A stretch of DNA of 64,000 nt from Antedon mediterranea (lineage: Eukaryota > Animalia > Echinodermata): contig NC_092671.1 in the NCBI RefSeq assembly GCF_964355755.1, forward strand, positions 4,030,001 through 4,094,000, given 5' to 3'. Both the position numbers and the translations under genes were made by a program. Under the pieces are notes generated by a model. That model was not told where the DNA came from. It saw only the letters and a list, made by a program, of their open reading frames with translations, and ran no database searches. Below, in pieces: positions 12,181 to 26,430 of the stretch (the first letter of the stretch is position 1; the number at the start of each line of letters is the position of its first letter).

Positions 12181-15100
12181 ATGGCGCATACGGATTCTAA
12201 ACTTCTAGAATGGGGTGAAGTTCAAGAACAGATACACCATATTTTAAAGAACAGTGACCCGGGCGAAGATACTTCGGTGTTCCTACCACACGGCCTGCAG
12301 GTACTGTAGGCCTACTGCGCTTGTATTTTTACTTGCAATATGCCCACCTCATTCATATAAATATACAGCCAAATATTGTAATATAACATTATAAAACAAA
12401 AATAAAGAGAACCAACTTCTTCAACGCAATAACAATTAGCCGTAACCATTTTTTATTCACCTTCCTAAAGAAGTGTGCCTATGTTACTTCTGACCAATCG
12501 GCTGTGTTTCCTTGACACCTAGTTTACATATTAAGTCCTTCACGTGACTGCACATTTTCGTCACTCAAATATGATGATTTGTCTTTACTTTCAGCCAGCA
12601 TACACGTTTCACCATCCGCATGTTATCCGATGTTTGGCATTCTATAACTCAACAAAAGGCAGCGTGGTTATTACACACGTGGACGCGGGACATCGCAATG
12701 AGATGTTTGTGTGGACGATGTCTAACCTCAGTGAGGGACAGGTTAAATGTGTCAGGTGAGGAGGCACATTCAAAAAATTATAAGATACTTGTGATCTAAT
12801 TATTTAAATTATTTAAATGCTTCGGTACGAATGTTATAAATGTACTTTTTTTCTTAAAGGTTTTCAATCAATTCTTCTATCAGCAAGCTACTTTATGTTC
12901 CTAAACATCGTGTAAGTTCAAAATTGTTGAAATGTTATCTACTCTCTTAAGCTCTGTCTACACTATCAAACTAGTTTGACAATAAGTGTGATGTGCTCAA
13001 ATATGATAGTGATATGATATCATCGTGTCCATATGGGCATTTACCAAAACTGGGTATGACAAATTGTATGTACATTTAATCTTTTACATTCAAGGTATTT
13101 GTTGGATTTTGTAAAGATATTCGTCTATGTATCTTCAGTGACGTCATCCACAACTGTTCCGAATTGTCTTCGATCACGTGCGCAACAACTGTTCTATGGT
13201 GAGCTTTTGATAATGAAATTTAAACTGTAATTTTGATTGGAAATAGTGTTTATATTATCTATAATATCATTTGTTTACAGTATGGCATTTAATGAATTGA
13301 CTGATGAGTTGATAACTGGAGGGCATGGAAGTTTACAAGCCTGGAAGATGAGCCATGTCGAAGTAATGTTTTTTTTCTTAAAGTGAAATACATTGTTATA
13401 CCAAAACAGGACAGCGCGTAATTCATGCTTTATTTAAGAGGATTATTTTTTACTTAATTAAAAGTCGGTGCTACTATTATCATCTTAACTTTTCACAAAG
13501 TTTATAGCCTCTCTACCCGAACACGAAAACGAGCTTTATAAAATAATGACAACTGTCAAAAGTACGTTTTTAATCAATTTTTATCGTTTTTTATTGGCAT
13601 TTTGTTACTTATTTTATATATTTAAATTACTTTTTTTAATGTAAAATAACGAATGCAATGTTTTTATTACAATTACTTTTAGCATTGTAACATATAAACG
13701 AGTGGAAAAAATATGCTTAAAAAATATAATATTTATAACAGAGTATGGTAATAAAAGTGGGACGAACCCACACAAGACAAACAAAAAAAACATTTCACAA
13801 GGAATTTATACTTTAACGCTAATACGTCAATGTTGTGTCACTAACGATTTATCATCACCATGGATGGTAGATTCAATTATGACGCGCGCGTACAAAGCCG
13901 TACAGATATTATCAACATGAACGCGCGCATCAAATATTCTCTATTAATATTAGGCTTAGTATAATATTTAATTATTTTTTTTTTATCTTAATCATTATAG
14001 ATCCGTGGCCCATTATGTCCAACTACTGGATTTGAGTGTGACTTGTCGTCGACAGATTGGGTTCGAGACGTCCGAATAGACATTAAAAACAGATTGATAA
14101 TTGCTTTGTGCGATGAGCGCATATTACTGATCAGCAGTGAAACACGCAAGCAGATTTACAACTTTCCAAACTGGCATCAAACGGCACTTACAAGGTGGGA
14201 TTTAATTTACAAATGTCTGCTATACCTTTACGGTGGGCCTGTATGGGTAGTTCTTGAACTGGTTCACACTAACTGTGAGCCATAAGTCTGGAATTTTCTC
14301 CAGGCTCAATGTGAACCTAGATTGAGACCTAAGATTACTTGCTGTTTTTATTTTGTTTGCTTTATAACCAAACATCTCCTTATTCAAAGCAACTTTTTGA
14401 AATTACAGTTTTGTGTTTTACCGTAAGCTCGAATACTTCATCACAGCATCGATGGACGGTTGCATCAAAGTATGGAACGCGGTGGTCTATGGACAAGTTC
14501 ATGAATTCGTCGGACATTTTGATTGCGTAACCGGTAACATTTTTCTTAATTGTCATTAATTATTAATGCTAAATCTAGTTTTGCACAATGTTTTTATAAT
14601 AAGATAAAGTGTATCACTTTGGGAGAAATGTATTCGCTTTGACTGTAAACATGTTCTATAAATTCGTTTTGGATTAAACTAGACAAAAGGGCGTAGCGAT
14701 AAAATCATGTTTTCCAACTATTCAAAATTATTTTGCATAGTTGAGTTAACACCTGCACGGACTCGTATGCAAATGCCGATATTGTGCATGCGTACAACGT
14801 TGACAGACTTACAATATATTCTGATACGCGAAAGAAGTCAGCATGGTGAACAGTATTCCTGTAGATCGTCATTTCCAAATACATTACTTTTTGTATGTAT
14901 TATGCAATATGTTAAGTTGTTGATAAATTCAGACAGAATGTTTAAATACTGTTTCTATTCAATCAGGTTTAATTGTTCATCCAACTGACCCGCTACTTCT
15001 GTCAAGCTCAAAAGATGGAACTGTGCGTGTATGGCGACTTGATACCTTTGAATTGGTTCGTATATTCACAATCGTTTGGTACGGTAATCTATAGTAGTGT

Positions 15101-18100
15101 TATAATTTCACAAGGCCGACAATAACCTGTTGAAGAGTAATGTTGGTCCCGTAAGTGAGGTACTAAATGGAGTGTATACATATCGTAATGTTTTAATTTA
15201 ATTTATCATTACATTTTTTCCAGACTTTCAGGTTAGATTATGGAGAGAGCATCTTGGGAATGAGGCAGGCTAATCAACATCAAATCTTCTTTTATACTAA
15301 ACAAGATGTCAAAGGTTATAACTTCAATCAGGTAAGTAACAATTTAGTTGCAGTTAGCCTACTCATATAAACGAACATTTTGAACCCATTTACATAATTA
15401 TACATTGATCATGCTCAGTAATAACAAGTTGACGGAATACGAAAAACAAATGGACACACCCAATGAAGGTAAAAGGAAAAGGAAAAGATGTATCCCAGGG
15501 AAAGGTGAAATTTCACTCTTCTCTGTCTAGAAAAGATTGAAGAGATATTCTGAAATTGTACAGACTTTTAGACACATGGAATAAATGGAAACAGTAGCAC
15601 GTACAAGAGGCTTTGTCTCCAGTAATCGTTTTTAAAAAGTTTTTTTCGGAAAGTCCAAACATTTTAGTGACTTTTTTTGTAACAAATATACTATGAATAT
15701 TATTTCACTTATTCTTCTTCATTTCGTTATCTAAGATTGTTTAATATCTTTGCAGTTTCATCACCTGTTTACACCAATACAATCAAGAGTCCACTTATTA
15801 TCTAGAATCAAGTCTAGCATCATGCCTTCAAGAATTCTCTGTGCTGCCGAGGTATGTTCATTTTTTAATTATTTTTATGTTGTTCTATTCTGAGACTGGC
15901 TCATATAAGTTCTCCAATTGCATCTACAGTGTGTTCATCCCCCCCCCCCCCACCTATTTTTTGGCATGTTTAGTTGTTAGGACCTTTCTTTCTTTTAAAT
16001 TTCACGTTATATAGCGAATCACTCATTTTCCTATATGTAACAACACTTTTATTGTAGTTTTCAACAATATCTTTAACGATTTCCTCCTATTTCTTTTCTT
16101 TCATCCTTACTGTTTCATCTTGTTTTGACATGTGACTATGAATTATACAAATTTTCCATCAACAACTAAGACGCGTCAATGCTCAAATCAATCTCTCTTT
16201 AGATTTGACTATGCTAGCCTCATCCACATCCATTCCTAACAAACTGTTCATTATTTCAGGACGGAGGTGTGCGTGTCATATCTCCTGTATCTGGCAGCAT
16301 TCTCACTATAATCTACCCAATGGCCACATATCAGGTATTACACATTATATTAGTTGATGTCTTATTGTGTTGCTTGTTTTTATTGATAATCAAATGTTAT
16401 AGGCCTAATGATCAAATTGTTGAAGTGGATAAAATGAGAGTTATTATGATTGAGTCCGCCTCCTTGTAGTGCTCTTGACTTTTCTGTAATTTAGGTTTTA
16501 ACAGATCTTGTGTATGACATATCCCGTGCCAGGATCTACACGGTTTTAACAACAGGAGATGTGTTGGTATTCAGTAGTGATACCAATCCATGTACACCGT
16601 CTCAACTGTGGATTCCAGATATCCCTGATGATTCCATTATGTGCATAACCCTTATCAAACTTGTAAGTATTTTAAACTCTTCAGCAATGGTTAAAATAAC
16701 AATTTCTAAAAATATAATGATGGAGAGACTTCGTCACCGCCTCTGTGTAACGTATTTGGACCGTATTCTCAAACTAAACTTAATATTAAACTAATCGCTT
16801 CTGTGGAATTTAGATTTTAGTACAAGTTTTTCCAGATTCGGTGACCAGAGAAAACTACGTTACGTGTTTCGATTACACACTGGCTTACGGACGTAAAGTT
16901 TAGTCCAGGTTTTTTCCAGGACTAAATATAGGCCTTTTAAAATACAGGCCTTTGTTTTTAAGATTTTATTATTTGTCCAAAAATATGAGCAGTCAACGCG
17001 ATTTCATATTTTCTGCGTCCATTTTTTAGGTCACCGCCCTTCCTGTACGTATTTAATAATGTTAGCATAACTTGTTTCCTTTTTTTTTCTAGGAGTGCGC
17101 ATTGGGTAAACACGAAAGCTCTACCAGTGAGTCGTTGATTTTTGCCGGCAGCAGAAGCGGTCAAATTCATCTGATAGAGTCGTCTGGTGTAACGTTGCAA
17201 GCACCAGTCCAAGCACACTGTGGGACAGTCATGAAATTGCTAATATCAGAAGGTGATTATGGGAAAGGAGATAACCGAATAGAGGGAGCTGATCGACTGA
17301 TCTCCAGTGGATCCGATAAGGTAAAATGATAGCTTCATTAATAAACAAATGAAACTAACTGTTACTGTTCTTGTAATCGTCGTCTTCTAAAGACACATAG
17401 TATCCGTTGACTGTCAACTATTGGTATGTGTAAACCCCCGGTTTACTTATACTAGGACGAAAAATAGCACTTTAGTAGAACATGATCAATATAGCTCTTT
17501 TTACTTTTTACACGATCAAATTATTTTTTCCAAAAAAGTATGACGCGTCCAAATATGGTGTTGACGTCATTGTCGCCATATATGGGCACATCAATTGTTG
17601 TTGTCACATAAAGTTTGATAGTGTAGAACAAAAACATTCATACAATACAACGATTTTAATCACTCATTGATCATGACATTTGATTGTATATTGCTATCGT
17701 CATTCGTTATATTAACTGATATTTTTTTTTTCAGGTTGTAAGGATTTGGAAACTAGATCTTAATGACAAATCCGTCTTGCTTACATGTATGATGATGGTG
17801 AGTTATGAATTGTTATTTTTCATCTGAAAAACATCATATAGAAATTGCTCCCTAACGAAACAAATGTATGCTGTGCTAATGGGTGCTCAACAATTAGTAG
17901 GATTTTAAAAACAACAGATCCATATTCGTGGTTTCACCAAGTTGTTTTCTCTCTTTCAGATCACTAGTCCTGACTGTTCCTGTCACGTGTCCATGTTCAG
18001 CAGTAGCCTGTGTATGACCATGCCAAATTTGTAAGTTTCTGCTAGCTAGAAATTCATTGATATGTTATACTCTCTATACTGTGAGTCCATAACGCAATAC

Positions 18101-21100
18101 ATAAGTCCGGTATAAGTAATAACAATAAAGATATTTCTTTCATGATAGCAAGGTGCTTGTGTACGACGTTGGAGAACATTCGAGTCAAGTGAAAGATGGA
18201 AAAACTAACTCTGCAAAACGGCGTGACGAGCAGTATACATTATTTACACACCATAAGGACAATGACCATACAAAAGAGGTTGGTTTAAATAAAATGATGA
18301 TTAGTTAGTATAAGCTAGTTCTTTAGACCAAAACAAATAACCATGGGAACATTTTTGACAGAATCCCAAGTTTGCAATCAAGGTTGCAAATCTTCAAATT
18401 ATCTTACTGATTTTGTTTGTAAACAAGTACTCAATAGACCATGTCTATTTATTTTCAAGAAAATCGATATAGTTATAAATAATTAATTTTGGAGTGGAGC
18501 TGTGGCTTGGTGGTTATGATGCTTGACTACCAATCTAAAGGTCCTGGGTTCAAGTCCTGTCATATGTCAGGGTTTTTTTCTCATGACAATTTACAACTAA
18601 CTCCACTCCCAAAGACTTAATAATAAGTCTTTGTTTATGTAGAGCATCTTGTGTTTATGTTTGTCTTGTGAAATTATTAAATAGTTTATCCATCCTGTAA
18701 TTGGCGGGTTACTCGCTGTTGGATGAGTATGAAATAAAAAAAAAAAAAAAAAATACAAACGTTTATTTAAAACTCGAGTTATCCCTAGCCGGAATATTAA
18801 ATAGCGCGCCCTCTGTCGCTATCTAACACTTTGCCAAACTGTTTTTCTCGCTTTTCTGAGCGTTTTATTCATTTTATAAACTTTATTTTACATAGATAAC
18901 AGCACTGTGCAGCTGTCATAGACTTGGTATATTTGCAACAACAAGCGATGATGGTCTAGTAAAGGTATTTATATATAATTTTAGTAATAATTATTAAAAT
19001 ATTTCAGAAAAGTATAATTAGCAGACGGTTTTAATATGTTTCATGGTATGACCATTTTTAACAATATATTGTTTACTTTTAGATTTGGGATACTCAGAAT
19101 AACTTGGTGCGTGAGTTGACCTTTGACATCACTTTGAGAGGCGTTTGCTTTGCCAATGACCGAGGTGACCTGCTAGTCGGATTTCAAAATCATATAAGGT
19201 CAGCGAAATGTATTTCCTTATTAATTTTGTATAGTATTTTAACATTTGGATTAGATAAGGCATCATGCAATTGTCAAATTACTGTTGGGTGAACATTTTG
19301 AATAAAATAAGATAGAACCTCCATTGATATTGAATATTTATCGTTATTCTATTTGCAGTTTTGTAAGCATTACTAGCTATCTTCCTTTGACGTACCTAGG
19401 GAGCATTGTTGAGGAAGAATTTTCGTCTGACGCAAATGAGGAACCTGTTCCATTCAACCACAGTTTGGAGCTATGGTACATTTTAATAGGCCTATATTAA
19501 ACTAAATAATAACTTCCATCCATATTATTATGAAAAACTAAAATCATATTTTACCTATGAGTGTACATTATATTGTAAAGACAGTTAAGATGTAAAATTC
19601 GTTGGAATTGTCTGCCAAATATTTACTTCGAGAGGCTGTCTGAAGATACTTTTATTGGGGCAAGGTGTTAATTTAGAAATTCGTCGTAAACACAATTTAC
19701 GTCTGCCTGGCCATCAAATCAGAAAGATTGTTTCTGACCATGAAATTACTATTTTCTCGTAATGTTAAAACCGCCTTAATTTAGGCAATCAGTGACGTAG
19801 TCTTGACATTAGTAAGTTCATGTACATATAATATATTTTCTTTAAAATGTCACAATTTATTTATAGGTTCGATATTGCCTCTCTTCTTGCTTTACCAATT
19901 GAGCTAGTAAGGCGCAAAACGATTCTGGACGCTTTAAAAGGCCTTCGTCGAGCATCGGGCAAAATTTGCAGCGGTGAAGTCGATGCGAATTACAAAGAAA
20001 GCCAGCCTTCAGATAGCCAAGTTAATACCGACGCAGTACCAGGTATGTGATGTCCCGTTAGTATTGCACAGGTTTCCTTTCTCCCGACTACAAACTTACC
20101 TCCATTTCTATGTTATCTCAACACTTTCGACCAGCTGCTTAGCTGAATGTTAGATCGTCAGCCTCCGAATCTTGAAAACACCGGTTCGAATCCCGTCGAT
20201 ATTGTCGTTTGTTATGTATAATGAGGTTACCTAATATAAAAAGTTAGAAGTAACATTTTATTAAGAACTCTGATAAATTAGTGCCTGAAACATTTTAGCA
20301 CATTTTGTTTTTATTTTTCTAATTTCAAGAAATGACGTCAGTACTCCTCATCCCAGAGAAGACTAAATCAAGTACCGGTACAGAATGTTTCAAACCATGT
20401 CGCAAGAAACTCAACGTAAATTTCCTCCCGGTTTCATCACAATGTTCGATTGAATCAAGTGAAGATGACGTTGACGATACTATTGCATATGGGGAATCAA
20501 AGGGATACATTGTAGTTCAGACGAGCGACTCGCTAATCTCGATCGATAAGGCTAGCAATATAGCAGAAGCACCAGATGTTGATGACGTAACGGAAGCTTC
20601 AGATGTTGATGACGATATGGAAGATGAAACATTCAAATGGCCTATTGCACCAGACGGTAAACTATCTTATGGTTATGTTATTTAAATATATAAATACAAT
20701 AGTTTATTTGATAATTATAGGTTCTCTAAAAAGTAATGTAAGAATGTCTCCAACGCTCTTGGGCCCTTTGTCTCAACTTAAGCTTTGTCTACACTAACAA
20801 ACTATTTTCACAAAGAAGTGTTATGTGCCCAAGTATGGTAGTGATATAACGTCATCATGTCCATATGATATAATATGGGCACATCACATTTTTGTCACAT
20901 AAAGTTTGATAGTGTAGATAGTGCTTTAGAGTTTTTGTGCCTACAAATTGTGCCATTTTTGTGCATGATCGTGTGCAAAAGAGCATTATTTGTGAACGGC
21001 GGCTGGCGGTGTTTTTTAAAATGGCCAAATGCGTCTCCTATTAATGAAGAAATATAAACCCTTTTATAAAATTTACTATTAAACACAAACATGTACTAAA

Positions 21101-24100
21101 AACATTTGTGATATTGATTTTCACAGGATATATTCCAAACTCAGTTGTAAGGAAACTAATGAAAATTCCACGAAAAGATGCATTTGTTGACTCACCATGG
21201 AAATTGAAACCGGTGATTTACTTATTTTTATCATTAGAATGTATTTCTGATTCAGCATACTGTAGATTTAGAGATAGAAGCTGATAATTAAAATGAACCA
21301 TCACTAATGTTGGTGTGCTTGTCCTATTTTATTTCGATTGTCTTTCTTTTCTTCGTTTTTATAGCTGCCATTTATTGAAAGCCCAGCCGATTCACTTGCG
21401 AAGTCTTCAAAATCATCCGAGGATTATGTATGTATAAACAAAATTGTCATATCATTTTAGAACTTTAAGGACGTGTTCACACTACGCAGAACGACTTCCT
21501 TAATTGTCGAGATAACAAAGCTTGCACAACTCTACATATTTGTTTGTAAATATATAGTTTACATTTTAAAATAATGTTGTTTTCTTGCTACTGTAAGACA
21601 ATCTTACTCTTTCCTTTATATTCGTAAGATAGACAAATTATGCAAATGTATTTCTATTCCAGACGACGCATGCGCCGTTTGAATGGTTGTCTTCATCTTC
21701 AGAATCAAACGTGGATCTTGAAGAGATCATGTCAATGCTATCAGATGGTGTTGGTGGTGATCTTGATGTCCAAGACTTGCTACCATTATCGTCCGATTCA
21801 GACTCTGAGATGGCAACACCAGATGAAGTGTTGCTAAAGAGAAGACGCAAGACTGCCACAGCGCTTATTCAATTGAAAAAGAAAAGTAAGAAATAGGGAT
21901 ACGGAAGATTTGTGAAATTTTTCATTTTATCAAATATAACCTGGGTTCAAACTATCAAACTCCGAGTTTTGCCAAACTGTTTGGAAAAATTAAAGTCTTT
22001 ACTGCTGGCTTTGTCCACGATCATCATGAGTCCAAAACAGTGATTTGATTGCTGAGTTAAAAAATCTAAGCAAACTAGTTTGTCAAGATGGTGCATAGCC
22101 TAACTTTTACAAACTAGTTTTCTGCAGTTTTTCAATTGGTCTACACTAGCAATCTTTTGCAAATTGTTATTTTCAACCTGGGAAGTTGCTCACGTTTGCG
22201 AACTATAAGTTTTCTAATGTTTTTGTATAGATATTAGATATTTTACTATACTTTCAATATTGCAATTTTGTTTATCTTTGTTGTTGTTCCAGTGTCCAAA
22301 AGGGGTATTGAAGGAGGAGCACTAACAATGGCAATGGTTGTAGAAGAGGCTAAACAGCTGAAGAAAGAGGAAGAAGAGAGGAAAAAATCTGAAATTGTAG
22401 GTTGAAAAAAATGGCAGATCATTTTTAAAATTCGATTTAAAAAAATACAATTGCTTGAACGACATCATAAGTTAAAAATCATTATACAATCGTCAAGTGG
22501 ATGTGTTTTTTTATTATAGGTTATCGAACGCAAACCATCGATACCAGATATACTAACATTGATTGTTAAAATGAGATGGTTTTCGCCCAAGAAAATAACC
22601 ATCAACATTTTCAGTGTAACAAATGCACTTGGTAAGTTTATTCTTTCTTATATAAAGTTACAACTCATTCCATAATTCTTGGTTTTAACAGGAGGCAACG
22701 CATCGACGTAAATCGTAACGAAAGCGAATTGACCACAAGCGACAGTTGAAATAATCCGGCGCTTGTGATTGGTCAATTGGTCAATTTTTGTTGCGGCTTA
22801 CGTCCTTGCGTTACGTCGTTAATCAATGACATATTATGGAGCCTGATCATGTGTGTAGGCCTACTTCGATTATACTTGTGTCTTTGAACATTGTTTTTTT
22901 AATAGTGGCATTGCTAGACAGGGTTGGTGATAGTATTCATGGAGAGGTCTGTAAATGCATAGTGGATATCCACAGGTTCGTAATATTGCAGACAAATCTT
23001 AACAAAAACATTATTAAGTATTCATATATATTATATCGTCCTAAATAAGCTTTTTTTCTTAGTGGCATTGGATTTAATGAATCTTTAATGGATAAAGTAC
23101 TCAGCAATCTTCTGAAGCAGGTATCTAGTGATCGAGCTCCACTGAGATGCAACGTGGTTAAAACTATGGCAAGTCTTGGAGATAATCGTAATAAAGTGAT
23201 AATGGGTATTCTACCGCTTACAATTGACCTTGTGGTAAGATTAGAAACAAAATTCAATATTAATTAAAGCACACATTATCTTGTACTTGTGGTACATTAC
23301 TTCCGATTGGTTAATTGCAGAATTTTGAAATCAGGGCTTTGACATGTTTTACTGAAACTCTGAACTTAAAATGGGTACAGGGTAGTTCCGGATTTAAAAT
23401 GAATTTTTCAACCATATTATCAACCAATGTTTTTGTAATAGGCCTAATATGAGTCGTTTTTATTCAATTTTTAGCTAGAGGTGAAAGTGGCAGCCATCGA
23501 AGCCTTAAAGAAACTAAATGGTTTGACCAGCAAAGAGCAACTGATGAATTATTTAGCAAATACTGGAGTAATACAACCATACGTGAATGAAGATGTAAGT
23601 CCGAAATAAAGTGACTATTGGCACGGTCACCTGTGTATAATGTATTATTGCTATCGGCCCGGTTAACCGTGCATGAAACTGACTATCGGAACGCCAGTCG
23701 GCCGTGCGCACCGCGACGAACCGCAGAAGAAGAGTGCACAGTCACCCTTGCTGTTAGAAAACAATGCATTAGGAGAAAAGTAGAAAACCTTCAAATTACA
23801 CCGCAATTGACCGTAATAATATCCCACCTCATCCGTGCAGAAACGTTGCTTATAATATTTATTATGTTTCATATTTTAAATAATTTTTTCAATTATTTTT
23901 CAATACAGAGAAATGTAGTAAAAAAGATCTTCAGCAAAAAATCTGCGGGAATTCAGAAATTGTCTAAATTTCGTGATCGCAATCTACCTAAGAATTTGAC
24001 AGATTTGCAATCGCCAGTCGGAAAAGTTGATGGCTGGCTGGCTACATTGACAGATGAGTTTGAAGAAGAAGAGCAGTTTGAAAAATCGGTGAACAAGAAG

Positions 24101-26430
24101 AAAAAGAAAGAGGACAAGAAGGAGGAAATGAAGAATATGAAGGTACGGATTTATTGCTTGACCGAAGTTTGTTACCGTTACCTATTTATTTGTTACTGGC
24201 CTATTTGTTTGCACAAATACTCATTCGCCTTTAATGTTTTTTGTTGATACGCATCACGTGATTGATTTGCGTGAAATCGATATATTGGTGACGTCAGAAA
24301 AACTTATATAGGTCGCTTGTGAATCGTTAGCTGTTCTGAAATTTATTTCCATCTCACTAAGTTGTGCATCTTCACAAACTAATATACTTCATTGGTTCAT
24401 ATCATTATCTTGTTTGTAGGAATCGGAAGATCTGATGGAATTAATACCACCTCAGATTAAGGAAACGATGCACCATGAACAACATAATGAAGTTAAGCAA
24501 CGAAGAATACTGCCCCAGAATAACCAGAAAAGAAAACCTACATTAACAAGCGAAGTTGAGAAATTACCAGCAATCAAGAAAAATGAGATAAAACGAGAGA
24601 AGACGTTTTTTGTACCTGATAGCTGTTTTGGAGCCGAACAGGTGCATAAGAAAGTAACACCGACAGTACGAAGGAAAACAATGCATGCGCAGATTCTAGA
24701 AGCTAAAAAATATAGTTTATATCTTGAAAAAAAGAGAATGGAACAGACAATGAACCAACGCATGGAAGCTCATCGCAAACACTACGATAAGATTTTACGA
24801 AAGCAACGAAAAGGAAAACAAGTTCGTAGATTCTTGCCAACGAGTAGCGCTTTTTACAAATATTTTTTCGATAGTGATTGCAAACGCCGTGGAAAACACG
24901 TCTATACTAAACAACCGGATGTCAGCATGTCAGAGATGAATTCTGATTGGATGATAGCAAAATGCGCAACACTTCCCAGAATACACGAGCAAGAAGACGA
25001 CAATGAGTCGAGTTTACGACTAAACTGTCAGTTCTCTGTTGTACTTGATAAAGGTGTACAAAAACATCTTGAAATCGAGTCTGGAATTGAGGACAGTCTG
25101 ACGTGTAGCAAACTGTCCTTGAGTGGAGGTCAAAAGGTCGGAACGCAGTACAGCAGCGGATTTTTTAGCAGTCATGAAATTGAAAACTTGAAACAGAATA
25201 ACACTCAAGATAAAACAAAGCAGGATGTTTTCAACAATTCAACTGAATTAGGTAAAATTGTTTAAACTTTGTTCCGACGTGGACTCAACGAGCTCAACTT
25301 AAGTGTGTCGATCAATCACAAGCTCCATGATTTTGGATGATCGCGTCGTGATTGGTCGGCCTGAGTTACGTCCAAATAGATAACATAAGTACACATGATT
25401 GACGTACCGATGCCCTCTCTGTTTCATAAAGCGTTGCGATTCTGTGGCTTAGGTTTTATTATTTGAATCGCTTGCGATTTTTTTTTTTTTTTTATATTAT
25501 AGACCGTCCCAAGAAACTGTACCTTTCATCATCGTTACTTCAGTCCCTGAGGAAACGACCCCAAATACCAGTAGAAGAACCAGACTTCATTGATGGTCGC
25601 CAGCGGGTGGTTTACGAAGCAAAGACGTTACCAATAGAAAGAGCAGTATTCCCTCTAAGAATGACGAATAAGATCATGTTTACGAAAGAACCTAGCAACA
25701 CAGTGGCCGAGTGGGACATAATGAGGTATTTGTATTATTGATATGATAGTAGCGACCTTATAGGTTTTCTAAAGCTTGGTTCCCACTAGAACGTAACGCA
25801 AGCTAGACGTAAACGCAACGCAAGCGTTTTAACCAATGACAAGCGAAGTTATAGACAGTTAGCAATCACAAGCGAATAAGCCATCGCTTGTGATTGGTCA
25901 ATTCACTTGCGTTGCGTTACGTCCTTGCGTTGCGTTGCTAGTGGGAACCAAGCTTTAGGGAACAATAGTGGGAACCACGCTTACATAAGAGGAAGAAAGT
26001 AGGCGGGGAAACAGTTGTACATTGACCATCTTAAATCGTCTGTACTGAAGTGGAGTTTCAATTTGACAACGCGGAAAGCGACAACGTAGACATCTGTGTC
26101 TCCGTTGTTGCAAATTAGAGCAAAGATACCTGTTGCATTTAATTTAATATCTGTGTTTCTGTCGCATCGAAAACACTCAGGTGTGTTTTTGTATGCAAAT
26201 AATCTACATTTCTATGTGGCGTTATCGGTTGTTTTTATTCTGTATGTTTCTGGTAGTATTTAATTCGTCCGTAAAAAAAAATGTTCTTTTAATTTACTTT
26301 TCTCATTAGGTGCAAGGGTAAATCAACATTTGGTGTACTTGAAATGTCGTGGTCTTTGGTTCGATCAAAAGATCTATCTGAATCCGACAGACATCGCCGA
26401 TCCGTTAGGGAGGAGAAAAAACGTCATTAA
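12181..26430 (+). CDS. WDR87: WD40-repeat protein, WDR87-like (WDR87/WDR97 family), ~1676 aa, 33 exons
   Basis: Exons 12181-12300, 12595-12755, 12860-12911, 13095-13198, 13281-13362, 14001-14194, 14409-14533, 14967-15055, 15224-15331, 15756-15851, 16260-16334, 16495-16662, 17093-17320, 17735-17797, 17960-18030, 18149-18278, 18896-18964, 19083-19198, 19359-19475, 19867-20042, 20330-20656, 21127-21212, 21365-21427, 21663-21885, 22293-22396, 22520-22631, 22906-22975, 23063-23234, 23475-23594, 23909-24142, 24420-25251, 25503-25725, 26310-26430 join in frame (5031 nt). Clear WD40 repeats (ITASMDGCIKVWN...GHFDCVTGL, SSSKDGTVRVWR, TTSDDGLVKIWD). CFANDRGDLL and WPIAPDGYIPNSVVR resemble WDR87 as I recall it. 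AATAAA at ~26474. The gene is solid; the symbol is less certain. Confidence 0.8.
12950..13040. mobile_element. MITE family A, truncated copy
   Basis: TTA followed by AGCTCTGTCTACACTATCAAACTAGTTTGAC; right TIR missing. Confidence 0.75.
17493..17630. mobile_element. MITE family A, degenerate copy
   Basis: CCATATATGGGCACATC...GTCACATAAAGTTTGATAGTGTAGA. Confidence 0.7.
18491..18753 (+). mobile_element. tRNA-derived SINE with poly(A) tail; related minus-strand fragments at ~44075-44145, ~45900-45965, ~52100-52290
   Basis: A box TGGCTTGGTGG, B box GGTTCAAGTCC, shared CTCCACT(T/C)CC(T/A)AAG body motif, terminal A run. Confidence 0.65.
20781..20925. mobile_element. MITE family A
   Basis: Both TIRs present, TTA/TTA target duplication. 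Confidence 0.8.
25773..25954. mobile_element. MITE family B (foldback, CpG-rich); other copies at ~22700-22820, 30459-30625, ~47680-47790
   Basis: TIR AGCTTGGTTCCCACTAG...CTAGTGGGAACCAAGCT with extended arms (AACGCAACGCAAG/CTTGCGTTGCGTT, CCAATCACAAGCG/CGCTTGTGATTGG); TA or TWA flanks. Confidence 0.8.

Noticed and set aside
4807-25208. Antisense ORFs over exons (e.g. 4807-5028, 22937-23257, 24452-24763)
   Set aside because: Shadows of the real sense-strand coding exons.
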